NCBI GenBank assembly: GCA_964421875.1
Contig: CAYQZD010000004.1
Coordinates: forward strand, 4,082 to 68,081
DNA from: an uncultured bacterium
GTDB lineage: Bacteria > Electryoneota > Tariuqbacteria > Tariuqbacterales > Tariuqbacteraceae
Length of the DNA: 64,000 nucleotides
Direction: 5' to 3'
Part shown: positions 18,145 to 27,118 of the stretch, in pieces
Layout: each line of letters starts with the position of its first letter
How positions within the stretch are numbered: the stretch's first letter is position 1
Program-made: the position numbers and the translations under genes
Notes under the pieces: model-generated
Database searches by the model: none
What the model saw: only the letters and a program-made list of their open reading frames with translations
What the model was told of the DNA's origin: nothing

Positions 18145-19875
18145 GTGCTGTTTTTGACCGAGATGTGGGAGCGGTTCAGTTTTTACTGTATGCTCTCCAT
18201 CCTGGCGCTCTATATGAGCGAGACCTTCGTGCGGGGGGGATTAGGTTTCGACACCTTCAGGACGGGCCAGGTTTACGGGCTCTATGTGGGGCTGGTTTAT
18301 TTCACGCCGCTGATAGGGGGGATGATTGCAGACCGGCTGTTAGGCATCCGCAAGACCATCATCGTAGGCGGGCTGTTTATGATGGCGGGGCATTTCCTGC
18401 TGGGGCTGATATTGTTCCCCGCTTCGGGGACGCCGCTGTTCCATATGGGTGATTTGAAGCATCCGGAAGCGTTTTTTGTCAAATTAGAGCGGTCTGACAC
18501 GCCGATGGCGGAATATATCAGATCCAACATCAGCGGCGACACTCGGGTATTGTTGGAGGATTATTCCGACTTTGCGGGAGACGCCGCCACCGCCGCTATG
18601 ACCCTGGACTATCAACAACCGATTTTCGACGCATTGTATCCCGCTTTTTTAAATGAAATGAACCGCATTATTCAAACGGAATTGGTTTACGACGAGGAAC
18701 GCTTTGAGGGAGTGGCTTTAAGCCCGGAAATCCGGGCGCAGCTTGAAGCGCCGCCGGAGGGTATGGAACTGGCAAAGCTGAATCGCGAGCTATTGATGGC
18801 GGCTTATCCGGGGGAGATTAAGGGGAAACCGTTCCATTTCGGTTTCAGTCCGCTTATGTTCTTCTTCGCAGCGCTGGGGTGCCTGATTATCGGGAACGGG
18901 TGTTTCAAGCCCAACATTTCCACGATGCTGGGGAATCTCTACCGGGATTTGCCGGAGAAGAAGGACGATGCTTACAATATCTTCTATATGGGTATCAACT
19001 TAGGGGCGTTCTTTTCACCCCTTGTGGCGGCTTCGCTGCGAAGTCTGCACCCCATACACGGCTGGCACTACGCGTTCGGCGCGGCGGGGATAGGGATGAT
19101 AATTTCACTGGTAACATTCACGCTATTCCAGAAGCATGTGCGCGCTGGTGAGAATGTCAGCGGGGGGAACATCGACCAGGCTGGCACCGGCAAAGAAGTA
19201 GAACTCACGCCGATACAGGCTCGGAAGCGGGTGATGGCGCTGTTGGTGATATTCGGGGTGGTGATTTTCTTCTGGATGGGATTCCACCAGAACGGTCTGA
19301 CCTTGAATTTCTGGGCGCGGGACAACACGCGCACCACGCTCAGCCCCGAACTTTTCCAGTCGGTGAATCCGCTGTTCATCCTACTGTTCACCCCGCTGGT
19401 GGTGGGCTTTTGGAACATCCTGCGGCGGCGGAAACTGGAACCTTCAACCGCTTCGAAGCTGGGAGTGGGGATGATACTCACCGCCGGGAGTTTCGCCATT
19501 ATGGCCTTCGCGGCTTTGTCAGGAGGGAATATCGGGCGGGTGAGCGTGTCCTGGCTCATCAGCGCTTACGCAGTTATTACGTTGGGTGAGTTGTGCTTAT
19601 CGCCGATGGGGCTTTCGCTGGTGTCGAAGCTGGCGCCTTGGAAGATACGGGGGATGATGATGGGGGGCTGGTTCGCGGCGACCGCGATTGGTAATTATCT
19701 TTCAGGTTTCCTGGGCAGTTTCTGGGACACGCTGATACACAGCACTTTCTTTACGATATTGGTGGGGACTTCGTTGTTTGCGGCGGCGCTGCTGTTCGTG
19801 TTCCTGAAGTTTTTAAATCCGATAATCAAGGAGGCTGAGGAGCAGGCGCGATCGGCGGCGGAAGAAAGCGCGTGA
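18145..19875 (+). CDS. POT/PTR2 family di-/tripeptide:proton symporter
   Basis: TEMWERFSFYCMLSILALYM is the canonical ExxERFxYY motif. 576 aa with many TM helices. The annotated start is GTG; the true start could be a non-ATG codon further upstream (in-frame to 18076, AAGGAG RBS at 18078). Confidence 0.8.
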   Translation: MLFLTEMWERFSFYCMLSILALYMSETFVRGGLGFDTFRTGQVYGLYVGLVYFTPLIGGMIADRLLGIRKTIIVGGLFMMAGHFLLGLILFPASGTPLFHMGDLKHPEAFFVKLERSDTPMAEYIRSNISGDTRVLLEDYSDFAGDAATAAMTLDYQQPIFDALYPAFLNEMNRIIQTELVYDEERFEGVALSPEIRAQLEAPPEGMELAKLNRELLMAAYPGEIKGKPFHFGFSPLMFFFAALGCLIIGNGCFKPNISTMLGNLYRDLPEKKDDAYNIFYMGINLGAFFSPLVAASLRSLHPIHGWHYAFGAAGIGMIISLVTFTLFQKHVRAGENVSGGNIDQAGTGKEVELTPIQARKRVMALLVIFGVVIFFWMGFHQNGLTLNFWARDNTRTTLSPELFQSVNPLFILLFTPLVVGFWNILRRRKLEPSTASKLGVGMILTAGSFAIMAFAALSGGNIGRVSVSWLISAYAVITLGELCLSPMGLSLVSKLAPWKIRGMMMGGWFAATAIGNYLSGFLGSFWDTLIHSTFFTILVGTSLFAAALLFVFLKFLNPIIKEAEEQARSAAEESA

Positions 19876-20275
19876 TAGAATATGGTTGGTTCATCCGGAA
19901 AATGGGTAGTTCAAATAACTCAAAGATAAACAGGTAGATGATGTATTTTTAAAATGAACTGATATGATTTGCATTTTATATTTATTTTACATATATTTTT
20001 TCATACTTTATCTGTTGAATACTAGTACTTAAAATTCAATAACATAGCTACATGTTAGAGTATGTTAGTTGTATAAACAGAAAAATGTACCCGGGCCAAA
20101 TCTGTTAATAATTTCATCAATTCCATGTGTTTAGCTAAATTACGAAGATTACCTTTTTCCTTGATGAAATAATTTATAATCTTGTGTCAAAACGAAAAAT
20201 ATTGGAACATCCCATGCATATAGTTGCAACCATTTCCGAATTGTCTAAGTAAAATAAATTGGGAGGTATACCGCC

Positions 20276-20896
20276 ATGGCTGATTCTGGAAAAATAATTG
20301 AAGCATTAATCCAAATTCTAGCATTGGCCGGAATTGGTTTATTTGGTAAAGCTCTGTGCCATTTTTGTACTTATATGAAGGATCTGAATAGACTAAAAAA
20401 ATTGATCATAGAGAGTAGGCCAATTCCACCAGGTCTTTGGCAAAGAATGAGGAAGCGTGAAGGATTTAGACGAGATGAACATATAACAGGCCATTATCTG
20501 ATAATAGCTTCAATGATTTACCTGTTAAAACTAGTCGTTGGAACTAATGAGTTGGGATTAAACTTCTTCACAATATCGATCGATAATAATAATACAAGAA
20601 CTCTGATAATAACAATCATCATACTTCTTGGCTTAATCCTTGGTTATATTGTTGTTCGTTTAGGTAACATCGATGCACATGGTACAAAAGAAAAAATAGT
20701 ATCAAAAAAGCAATTTATTAGTAATAAGGATGTTGCGGAAAGTAAGAAAACCTATAAGCCAATATCTAAATCTAATAAAATCAGCTTCATTCCATTCTCA
20801 ATCTTTCATGTAGTAAACACAATTGGGGTCGCTTCACTTAGCGTATCTTATTATATAGCTGATAATTTATTAAAGTTTTCAATACCCGGAGGTTGA
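20276..20896 (+). CDS. hypothetical 4-TM membrane protein (AT-rich island 1)
   Basis: GGGAGG RBS. Four predicted TM helices. No recognisable family. Low-GC codon usage. Confidence 0.5.
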   Translation: MADSGKIIEALIQILALAGIGLFGKALCHFCTYMKDLNRLKKLIIESRPIPPGLWQRMRKREGFRRDEHITGHYLIIASMIYLLKLVVGTNELGLNFFTISIDNNNTRTLIITIIILLGLILGYIVVRLGNIDAHGTKEKIVSKKQFISNKDVAESKKTYKPISKSNKISFIPFSIFHVVNTIGVASLSVSYYIADNLLKFSIPGG

Positions 20897-20897
20897 A

Positions 20898-21200
20898 ATG
20901 TTGACTCCCCTGTTATTTTTTGCCTTGCTTGGCATAATAATTGTTGTTTTCAGTATTCTTATAGACTTAGCTTTCAAAAAGTCTTTTGCAGCTAGGAAAA
21001 GGTTCCTTGTAGGAATACTACGAAAAAAAGCCTCAAAACTCACACCAGACAAGTATGCACTTACCTATTTTGCGCCAAAAATTGACAAGAGTGATTCTCC
21101 AGAAGACGGAATAGTAAAAAGTATTTCAAAAGATAATTTAGGGTTAGTGCAAGAGGAATTCATAAAGATCTTTATAAAAAACCTGAAGAGTAAAAACTAG
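20898..21200 (+). CDS. hypothetical small single-pass membrane protein (AT-rich island 1)
   Basis: GGAGG RBS, one nt after the previous stop. N-terminal TM helix, then a Lys-rich tail. Confidence 0.45.
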   Translation: MLTPLLFFALLGIIIVVFSILIDLAFKKSFAARKRFLVGILRKKASKLTPDKYALTYFAPKIDKSDSPEDGIVKSISKDNLGLVQEEFIKIFIKNLKSKN

Positions 21201-21229
21201 GTTTATTAAAAAAAGCAAGAGTACATACT

Positions 21230-21979
21230 ATGTCTGATTTAAGTAATCCCCGTTATCAATTTTTATCTGGAACATATGATTTAATAATATCAGAATCTTT
21301 AATTCATCGTGTCGATATGTTTCCATTTCCTAAGTTTCACGAAAATCAAATATCTGAAGAGGAGTTAGGGGAACTAGCAGATAGATTATCTGGAACGATT
21401 GAATATTCCAGTAATTTGCCTGATGATATATACAGTTCAATCACACATGTGGATGGCCAAGCCAACATTGTGATTAATATAAATCATGGACCAGCAGTAA
21501 TCTGGTTTTTATTAGGTCATGAAATCGGACATCTTTGGCTGCACCCCAGACTAGATCTATTTGATGTGGTAGAGTTTAGCGATATTAAATCCAGGGCATT
21601 AATACCTGAAATTAAAAAGAATGGGGAGAATTGGGATTACATACCATATAAGGTCTTAGAAGATGAAGCTAACTATTTCTCAATATGCACTTTTGTCCCC
21701 TTAAGTAAAATGGTTGAATGGTATCGTAAAGGTTCATTATGCACATCTTTTCTATCGCAGTGGGTTTTAAAATGTCTAATGGATTCGGGGAAAATTTCTA
21801 AGGAACATGATGATGGTTCTGAACGAACACCATCTAGAAGACTTGTCCAAAGGATGCGCGGCATAATGCGCAGTTTTAAGTTACGCCTTGAAATAAATAA
21901 ATTGATATTTGCGGATAGTAATGAAATGCCTAAATGGGACGATTCATTTCTTGAAGACAATTTTGTAGGTAGGGAATGA
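21230..21979 (+). CDS. HExxH zinc-metallopeptidase-domain protein, ImmA/IrrE (DUF955)-like
   Basis: LLGHEIGHLWLH fits the ImmA/IrrE HEIGH signature. No HTH partner seen. AT-rich. Confidence 0.45.
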   Translation: MSDLSNPRYQFLSGTYDLIISESLIHRVDMFPFPKFHENQISEEELGELADRLSGTIEYSSNLPDDIYSSITHVDGQANIVININHGPAVIWFLLGHEIGHLWLHPRLDLFDVVEFSDIKSRALIPEIKKNGENWDYIPYKVLEDEANYFSICTFVPLSKMVEWYRKGSLCTSFLSQWVLKCLMDSGKISKEHDDGSERTPSRRLVQRMRGIMRSFKLRLEINKLIFADSNEMPKWDDSFLEDNFVGRE

Positions 21980-22012
21980 TTATACAAATCTATTATTAGA
22001 ATAAGGTTTAGA

Positions 22013-22048
22013 AAATCCCCCATTGATTATGGAGGATTTTTTATTTTA
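22013..22048 (+). terminator. terminator hairpin (AAAATCCCCCA ... TGGAGGATTTT followed by a T-run) ending AT-rich island 1
   Basis: Near-perfect inverted repeat followed by TTTTTTATTTT. Confidence 0.5.
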
Positions 22049-22096
22049 AACAGACTTCGGAGTGGATTTTTCTTCTTCCCCTATTGTGATTGGTAA

Positions 22097-22498
22097 TCAA
22101 TCCACCTTCACCATACCCAAATCGACAGGCCCACAGAATGAGGATTCGGCGAGGGAGATTTTAGGGAGCGCCGGAGTGAAATTCTGCGGTATAACGGAGG
22201 GGGGGCTTTTCTGCGTTATGTTCGAAGCCGCGAATCCGGCGAGGAATCCTGCGACGAAGACCGCGGCAACTTTCAATATAATCAGCCTGGGGCTTGTTTT
22301 CGATCCCGGCAGGGGTATGGGAGGAGCGATACTCTTCATTTCCGCGCCGCCGATGGTTTCAAGGTCGGATTCAATCCGCGCCAGTTTTTCCCGGCACTGA
22401 GCGCATTCGGTTAGATGCCTGTCGATTTCCATCCCTTCTTCAACTTCACATAATTTCAACGCTGATCGAATCAGGGCGCTATCGTCAAGGTGCTTCAT
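22097..22498 (-). CDS. anti-sigma factor, zf-HC2 type, single-pass membrane protein
   Basis: HLTECAQCREKL putative Zn-finger (HxxxCxxC), then a TM helix (LIILKVAAVFVAGFLAGFAA). Start overlaps the ECF sigma stop. Confidence 0.6.
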   Translation of the reverse strand: MKHLDDSALIRSALKLCEVEEGMEIDRHLTECAQCREKLARIESDLETIGGAEMKSIAPPIPLPGSKTSPRLIILKVAAVFVAGFLAGFAASNITQKSPPSVIPQNFTPALPKISLAESSFCGPVDLGMVKVD

Positions 22499-23031
22499 TT
22501 CAACACTCCGTTTCTCTTAAGTTCCTCGCGGCAGGCTTTGACCGCGTAAAATAAGCGCGATTTGACAGTTCCCAGGGGGACGCCGGTGATTTGGGCGATT
22601 TCGCGGTAATCGCGCCCTCCGTAGAAGCGGAGGACGAGGATATCCCGGTGTTCATTCGTGAGCGTGTTAACCGCTTTCACAATCAGACTATCCCTTTCCT
22701 GTAACAGAATATCCTCCAAGGGCGAGGGGGCATTGTCGCTGTAGTCCTCCCCCTCGAGGCCGGGATTTCGCATTTGCCGCTTCCTTTCCTTCAGCGCCAG
22801 TCGGTAAGCGATGGTGAAAAGGTACGATTTCAGTTCACCCCGCCGGTGCTTGATTTCGCCCTTGAAGAGACGGATGAAGGCTTCCTGGGTGATATCGCGA
22901 GCGGAATCCGCCGACCCGGTGATGAGCGCCATCGACTTCGAGAGGGACTCGGCGAATTTCTCCACCAGCGTCTGCCAGGCGGCTTCACTCCCCGCTTTGG
23001 CTGTATTCAGACACTCCCAGTCGGATATCAT
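22495..23031 (-). CDS. RNA polymerase ECF-type sigma-70 factor
   Basis: Region 2 and region 4 features (DILVLRFYGGRDYREIAQITGVPLGTVKSRL). Preferred ATG at 23031 gives an ATGA overlap with the upstream lipoprotein gene. The ORF table extends to 23283. Confidence 0.8.
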   Translation of the reverse strand: MISDWECLNTAKAGSEAAWQTLVEKFAESLSKSMALITGSADSARDITQEAFIRLFKGEIKHRRGELKSYLFTIAYRLALKERKRQMRNPGLEGEDYSDNAPSPLEDILLQERDSLIVKAVNTLTNEHRDILVLRFYGGRDYREIAQITGVPLGTVKSRLFYAVKACREELKRNGVLK

Positions 23032-24305
23032 TCCAGATAGCTCCGGTTTCGACACCATTCTTTTATTTCGGGGAAGGCGGCGTAACCGCTCCAGAATTGT
23101 CCCATATAGTCTTTTATGTTCTGTTTCAAGAGCGCTTCGAGGTGTTCTTGGTACCAGTGAAACAGCTTCAAAACGTTTTTGCTCGCAGGCTCCTGCGATT
23201 CCAGTAAAGCCGCTATGGTGGCGGCGTAGTTCACCGCCAGGTTCCTGCCGACCGAACCCTCCTTGGCGTGACGCAGGTTCCATCCATCCATTCCGGCGGT
23301 GCGGAAGTCCTGAAGCAGTACGCGTACGGCTTCACGGTAATAATCCTGACGCGGCTTACCGGGCGGCGCCGCCAGGGTTACCAGCCCCAGGTTGACTCCT
23401 TTTTCCCGGTATTCATCGACCACCCTGGTAGAGTACATTGTGGAGGCGAGGTAAACCGGACGGCTCTCGCGGGCGGCGGCTTCAATCAGCCTCACAATCA
23501 AGGTGTCGCCGTACAGTCCGGCAGCGGGTATAAGTTTTTTCCCCTCCTTATACTCCTTTTTTACCGTTTCGCGCAGTTCGGCGAGCTTGCTTTCGGTGAT
23601 GAAGGCGGGAACCCCTTGTTCAATCATCAAAGCGGGATACCAGTCGGTGTTGAGCAGGGAACGGTTGACGATTCGGATTTCCGGTCTGATGTTCAATATC
23701 CGGGTCAGCATCCAGCCGGGATAGGTGTCCATATCCCCGTTGGTGATAAGTATAGCGTTTTTTTCCATCAATGCAAACATATTGTAGGAATAATCCATCA
23801 CCGCGTCGTTGACCGCGCCGTTGTCAAGCAGCCGTTTTAAAGCGAGGTCCATCTTTTCGAATTCCTTCTGGTTCATATAGTTGCCCACTAAAGCGAACCA
23901 GGGGTCCATATATTCCGGGTCGAGTTCAGCGGCTCGCTCCAGCAGCCGGATACCCTCCAGGTTGTTGTCCATCCCGTGTTTCAGCAGTCCCGCCAGGTAG
24001 AGGATGGTGGGATTCGCCGGGTATTTTTTCAGCCCCTTCGCCAGCATTGGCTCATACTGCTTGTCCCCAGCGTAGCGGGCGGCGTACATCCAGTTGGCGT
24101 AGGCGTCTTCGGAGGGGTAAGCATGATAGTAGTCTTTCCAAAGGCCGGCTAATTTTTCATAGGTTTCCCGTTCATAAACGATTTGGCGTTTGCTCACGAT
24201 TTTTTCGGGTCTGACCACCTGGTCTGCGCTTTGCCGGCAGCTTATGATGAAGAATGCCGCCGTTAGGAAAGCGATTGCCGCGGTTTTTGGGGTTATAAGT
24301 CTCAT
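23028..24305 (-). CDS. TPR-like repeat lipoprotein, first gene of the ECF sigma/anti-sigma operon
   Basis: Preferred ATG at 24305 (MRLITPKTAAIAFLTAAFFIISCRQ lipobox). TPR-like helical repeats. Unknown C-terminal domain. Confidence 0.5.
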   Translation of the reverse strand: MRLITPKTAAIAFLTAAFFIISCRQSADQVVRPEKIVSKRQIVYERETYEKLAGLWKDYYHAYPSEDAYANWMYAARYAGDKQYEPMLAKGLKKYPANPTILYLAGLLKHGMDNNLEGIRLLERAAELDPEYMDPWFALVGNYMNQKEFEKMDLALKRLLDNGAVNDAVMDYSYNMFALMEKNAILITNGDMDTYPGWMLTRILNIRPEIRIVNRSLLNTDWYPALMIEQGVPAFITESKLAELRETVKKEYKEGKKLIPAAGLYGDTLIVRLIEAAARESRPVYLASTMYSTRVVDEYREKGVNLGLVTLAAPPGKPRQDYYREAVRVLLQDFRTAGMDGWNLRHAKEGSVGRNLAVNYAATIAALLESQEPASKNVLKLFHWYQEHLEALLKQNIKDYMGQFWSGYAAFPEIKEWCRNRSYLE

Positions 24306-24627
24306 TTTGGGATTCCTCGATATTATTCGGTAATTGTAACTATATATATAATCCTCGAGGTGGTTGATTTGTTCAATGGAAAATGTGTTTGAATCACGAG
24401 AAGAGACTCGAATCACGAAAGATACGAAGAGATGCGAAGGCGGACTTAACTGGCTCGCCTTTTGTTCTTATTCCCTTGACTTTTAGGGAAATTATGGATA
24501 TAATAGACAAGAGGTTCGACTACGATCAATTCGAAATGATCTTCCGCAAGTAATCAGTTTTCTGTTCATTTGTCCGCAATAAAGCATCATTAGCCGCACT
24601 TTCAAACTCAATTAGGAGGACCGGGAA

Positions 24628-26484
24628 ATGAAAGGGCTGTTTCTGTATATTTTTCTGTTCTCGGCATACGCCGCAGCCGCTTTGGCGCAAGCGCCGGATA
24701 CCCTGTGGACCTGAACATATGGCTGGAACTATGATGAGAGAGCCTATGCTGTACAACAGACCAGCGACGGCGGGTTTATAATCACAGGCAGAACCGAATA
24801 CTATGGGCGTTATTTTGATGTCTATTTAATTAAAACCGACAGGCAGGGGAATGAGCTATGGTATCAAGTAATAGGTGGAGGAAATGTAGATTGTGGCAGA
24901 AGCGTTCAACAAACATCGGACGGCGGGTATGTCATAGCGGGATATACCCATTCTTTTGGCGCTGGATATATTGATGTCTATTTAATCAAAACCAACAGTT
25001 TCGGTGATACGACTTGGACTAAAACCTTTGGCGGAAGCGATGAAGATGGCGGTTACAGCGTTCAGCAGACCAGCGACGGCGGATTTGCAATCGCAGGATA
25101 TACCTATTCTTTAAGCGCAGCCGGTGGGACTGATGTTTATTTAATAAAGACCGACGCGCAAGGGAATCAATTATGGTATCGAACCTTCGGAGGCAGCCAT
25201 AACGACAAAGCCTACAATATTCAGTTGACCTTTGACGGCGGATTTATAATCGCTGGCAAGACAGTTTCCTTTGGCGCTGGTAATGGAGTCTATTTAATCA
25301 AGACCGACGCGCAGGGGAATGAACAATGGAGTCGAACCTACGGTGAAGCCTTATCGGTAGATGAAGGTTGGTGGGTTCAGCAGACCAGCGATAGCGGATA
25401 TATTATTACGGGAGGAACCAGAATAGGCACTTCACCTGATTATAACCTTTACTTAGTAAGGACTGATGCGCAGGGGAATGAACAATGGAGTCGAGTCTTC
25501 GGTGGGAATGAACTTGAAAATGGCAGGAGCGTTCAGCAGACCGATGACGGGGGATTCCTAATCGTAGGGTACACCACTTCTTACGGCGGAGGTGAGTCTG
25601 ATGTCTATTTGATTAAAACCGATAATTACGGCAATACTTCCTGGACTAAAACAATCGGCGGAATTGGTCACGATAGTGGTCAAGGCCTTGAGAAGACCAG
25701 CGACGGCGGATTTGCAATCGCCGGATTAACCAGTTCTTATGGCGCAGGTGGGTATGATGTCTATTTAATCAGGCTGGCGTCTTTAAAATTGACGCTGTCT
25801 TCACGAACAAATCCCGTTCAAATCCTCTCCGGCGGAGGCAGTTTCAATTTTGAGGCGGAGATTATTAATTACACCTATAATCCAATCACCTTCGACGCCT
25901 GGACCGAAGTTGTTCTTCCCGATGGAAATACTTACGGGCCGCTCCTTATGCGCGAAAATCTCTCAATTCAAGGCCGACAGACAATCATGCGCGCCAGGAT
26001 AGTCCAGAATGTCCCCGGATATGCGCCGCCGGGAAATTACCGCTATGTCGGTAAAGTCAGAATTAATCCGGATTCAGTTATTTCTTCGGATTCCTTCCAT
26101 CTCGTCAAACTTCCCGGTGAGAATTCGCCCGGGCATAATCAGGATTGGGATGTTTACGGCTGGTTCGACGAGGGTGAATCACAATTCAGCATACTTAAGG
26201 ACAATGGTCGCAGAGTGCGGGGACTCTGCGACACATTCAGCGCTTCGCCTAATCCTTTCAACCAGCGTTCGCTGGTCTCATTCAGCCTCAAGCGCGAAGG
26301 GTTAATCCGTTTGGCGGTGTATGATGTGTCGGGGCGGGAAGTCGCGGCGCTGGCGGAAGGCTGGTATCCGGCGGGGCATCATTCGATGCTTTTCGATGCC
26401 TCCGGCATGGCCAGTGGCGTTTATTTCGCGCGGCTGGAGGCGGGGGATTTTTCACAGGCAAGGAAATTGCTGCTGGTGAAGTAG
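24628..26484 (+). pseudogene. T9SS-sorted secreted protein with about eight ~47-aa propeller-like repeats, interrupted by one in-frame TGA at 24712-24714 immediately after the signal peptide
   Basis: AGGAGGA RBS. ATG at 24628 gives MKGLFLYIFLFSAYAAAALAQAPDTLWT then TGA. The same frame continues for 590 aa through the repeat units (GG[FY]xIxGxTxSxGxGxxDxYLIKTDxxGNxxW[ST][KR]T[FY]GG) to a T9SS CTD (VSGREVAALAEG...SGVYFARLEAG...LLLVK). The TGA falls where the other repeats have an Arg/Lys codon (CGA/AAA). Confidence 0.6.
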
Positions 26485-26548
26485 CTGCAAGCTCTTAGCT
26501 GCTAGCTGCAAGATGCAAGCGGGCAGGGCGGTTCGGTGAATGACCCGC
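26485..26548. repeat. tandem heptamers (GCTGCAA GCTCTTA GCTGCTA GCTGCAA GATGCAA GCGGGCA), then GC hairpin GGGCGG-ttcggtgaatgac-CCGCC, immediately after the stop of gene 24628-26484
   Basis: Direct reading. Confidence 0.75.
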
Positions 26549-26599
26549 CTTATACATTCCCACGCTGGAGCATGGGAACGAGAAGAGCAATCCCCTACC

Positions 26600-27058
26600 C
26601 TATTTACATTCATGCATATTGTATTCCCAGAGGACATTTACTATTAACCATCTGCCGTCGCATTTGGCTAAATGCAGGTAATCCACGCACTCCCGGGTAA
26701 CGGCTTTAACACTGGCGGTGTTGCGGTTGACGTCCAGGATAATGACCTTGTTCTTCCGCTTTTCCCCATTCTGTAGTTTGCCGTATCCCGCTTCAGTGTA
26801 TTCCACCAGATTGGAGGCGGAAAGATGCCTGAGGACGGTTCTGCCGGTTTTAAAATCCCGGTCCACCGCCCTTTCCGCCAGGTCAGGGTGAAGGCTTCTT
26901 TTCACTCTGTCGGAATCCCCTTCGTACCACCCTTCGATATAGTCCAGTGTGGTTTTTTCGATGTCCGCTTTCTCCTTAGCAATGTTCAGGTTTTCATCCG
27001 CATAAACAGTACCGGAGATAATGAACAATACAACCATCGGGAAGATTAATTTTCTCAT
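26600..27058 (-). CDS. secreted small protein, NTF2-like/SnoaL-like fold (tentative)
   Basis: 152 aa. Signal peptide. IEGWYEGDSDRVKRSLHPDL is reminiscent of lumazine-binding/NTF2-like domains. Confidence 0.35.
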   Translation of the reverse strand: MRKLIFPMVVLFIISGTVYADENLNIAKEKADIEKTTLDYIEGWYEGDSDRVKRSLHPDLAERAVDRDFKTGRTVLRHLSASNLVEYTEAGYGKLQNGEKRKNKVIILDVNRNTASVKAVTRECVDYLHLAKCDGRWLIVNVLWEYNMHECK

Positions 27059-27118
27059 AGTATTTTCTCCTGCATAGGTGAGCAGTGTTTATAGCTATCA
27101 GATATTCTGTTAGATTAT

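Noticed and set aside
24391-24470. Purine-rich CGAAGAG-like short repeats plus a weak hairpin upstream of the TPR lipoprotein gene
   Set aside because: Periodicity is irregular (spacings 7-12 nt) and the position is 5' of a gene rather than at a stop codon; too weak to call as a member of the heptamer architecture.
24712-24714. In-frame TGA as selenocysteine or an alternative genetic code (UGA=Gly/Trp)
   Set aside because: TGA terminates many genes here (ATGA overlaps at 14488, 23031, 48458). Repeat alignment predicts Arg/Lys at this position. No SECIS-like hairpin is evident.
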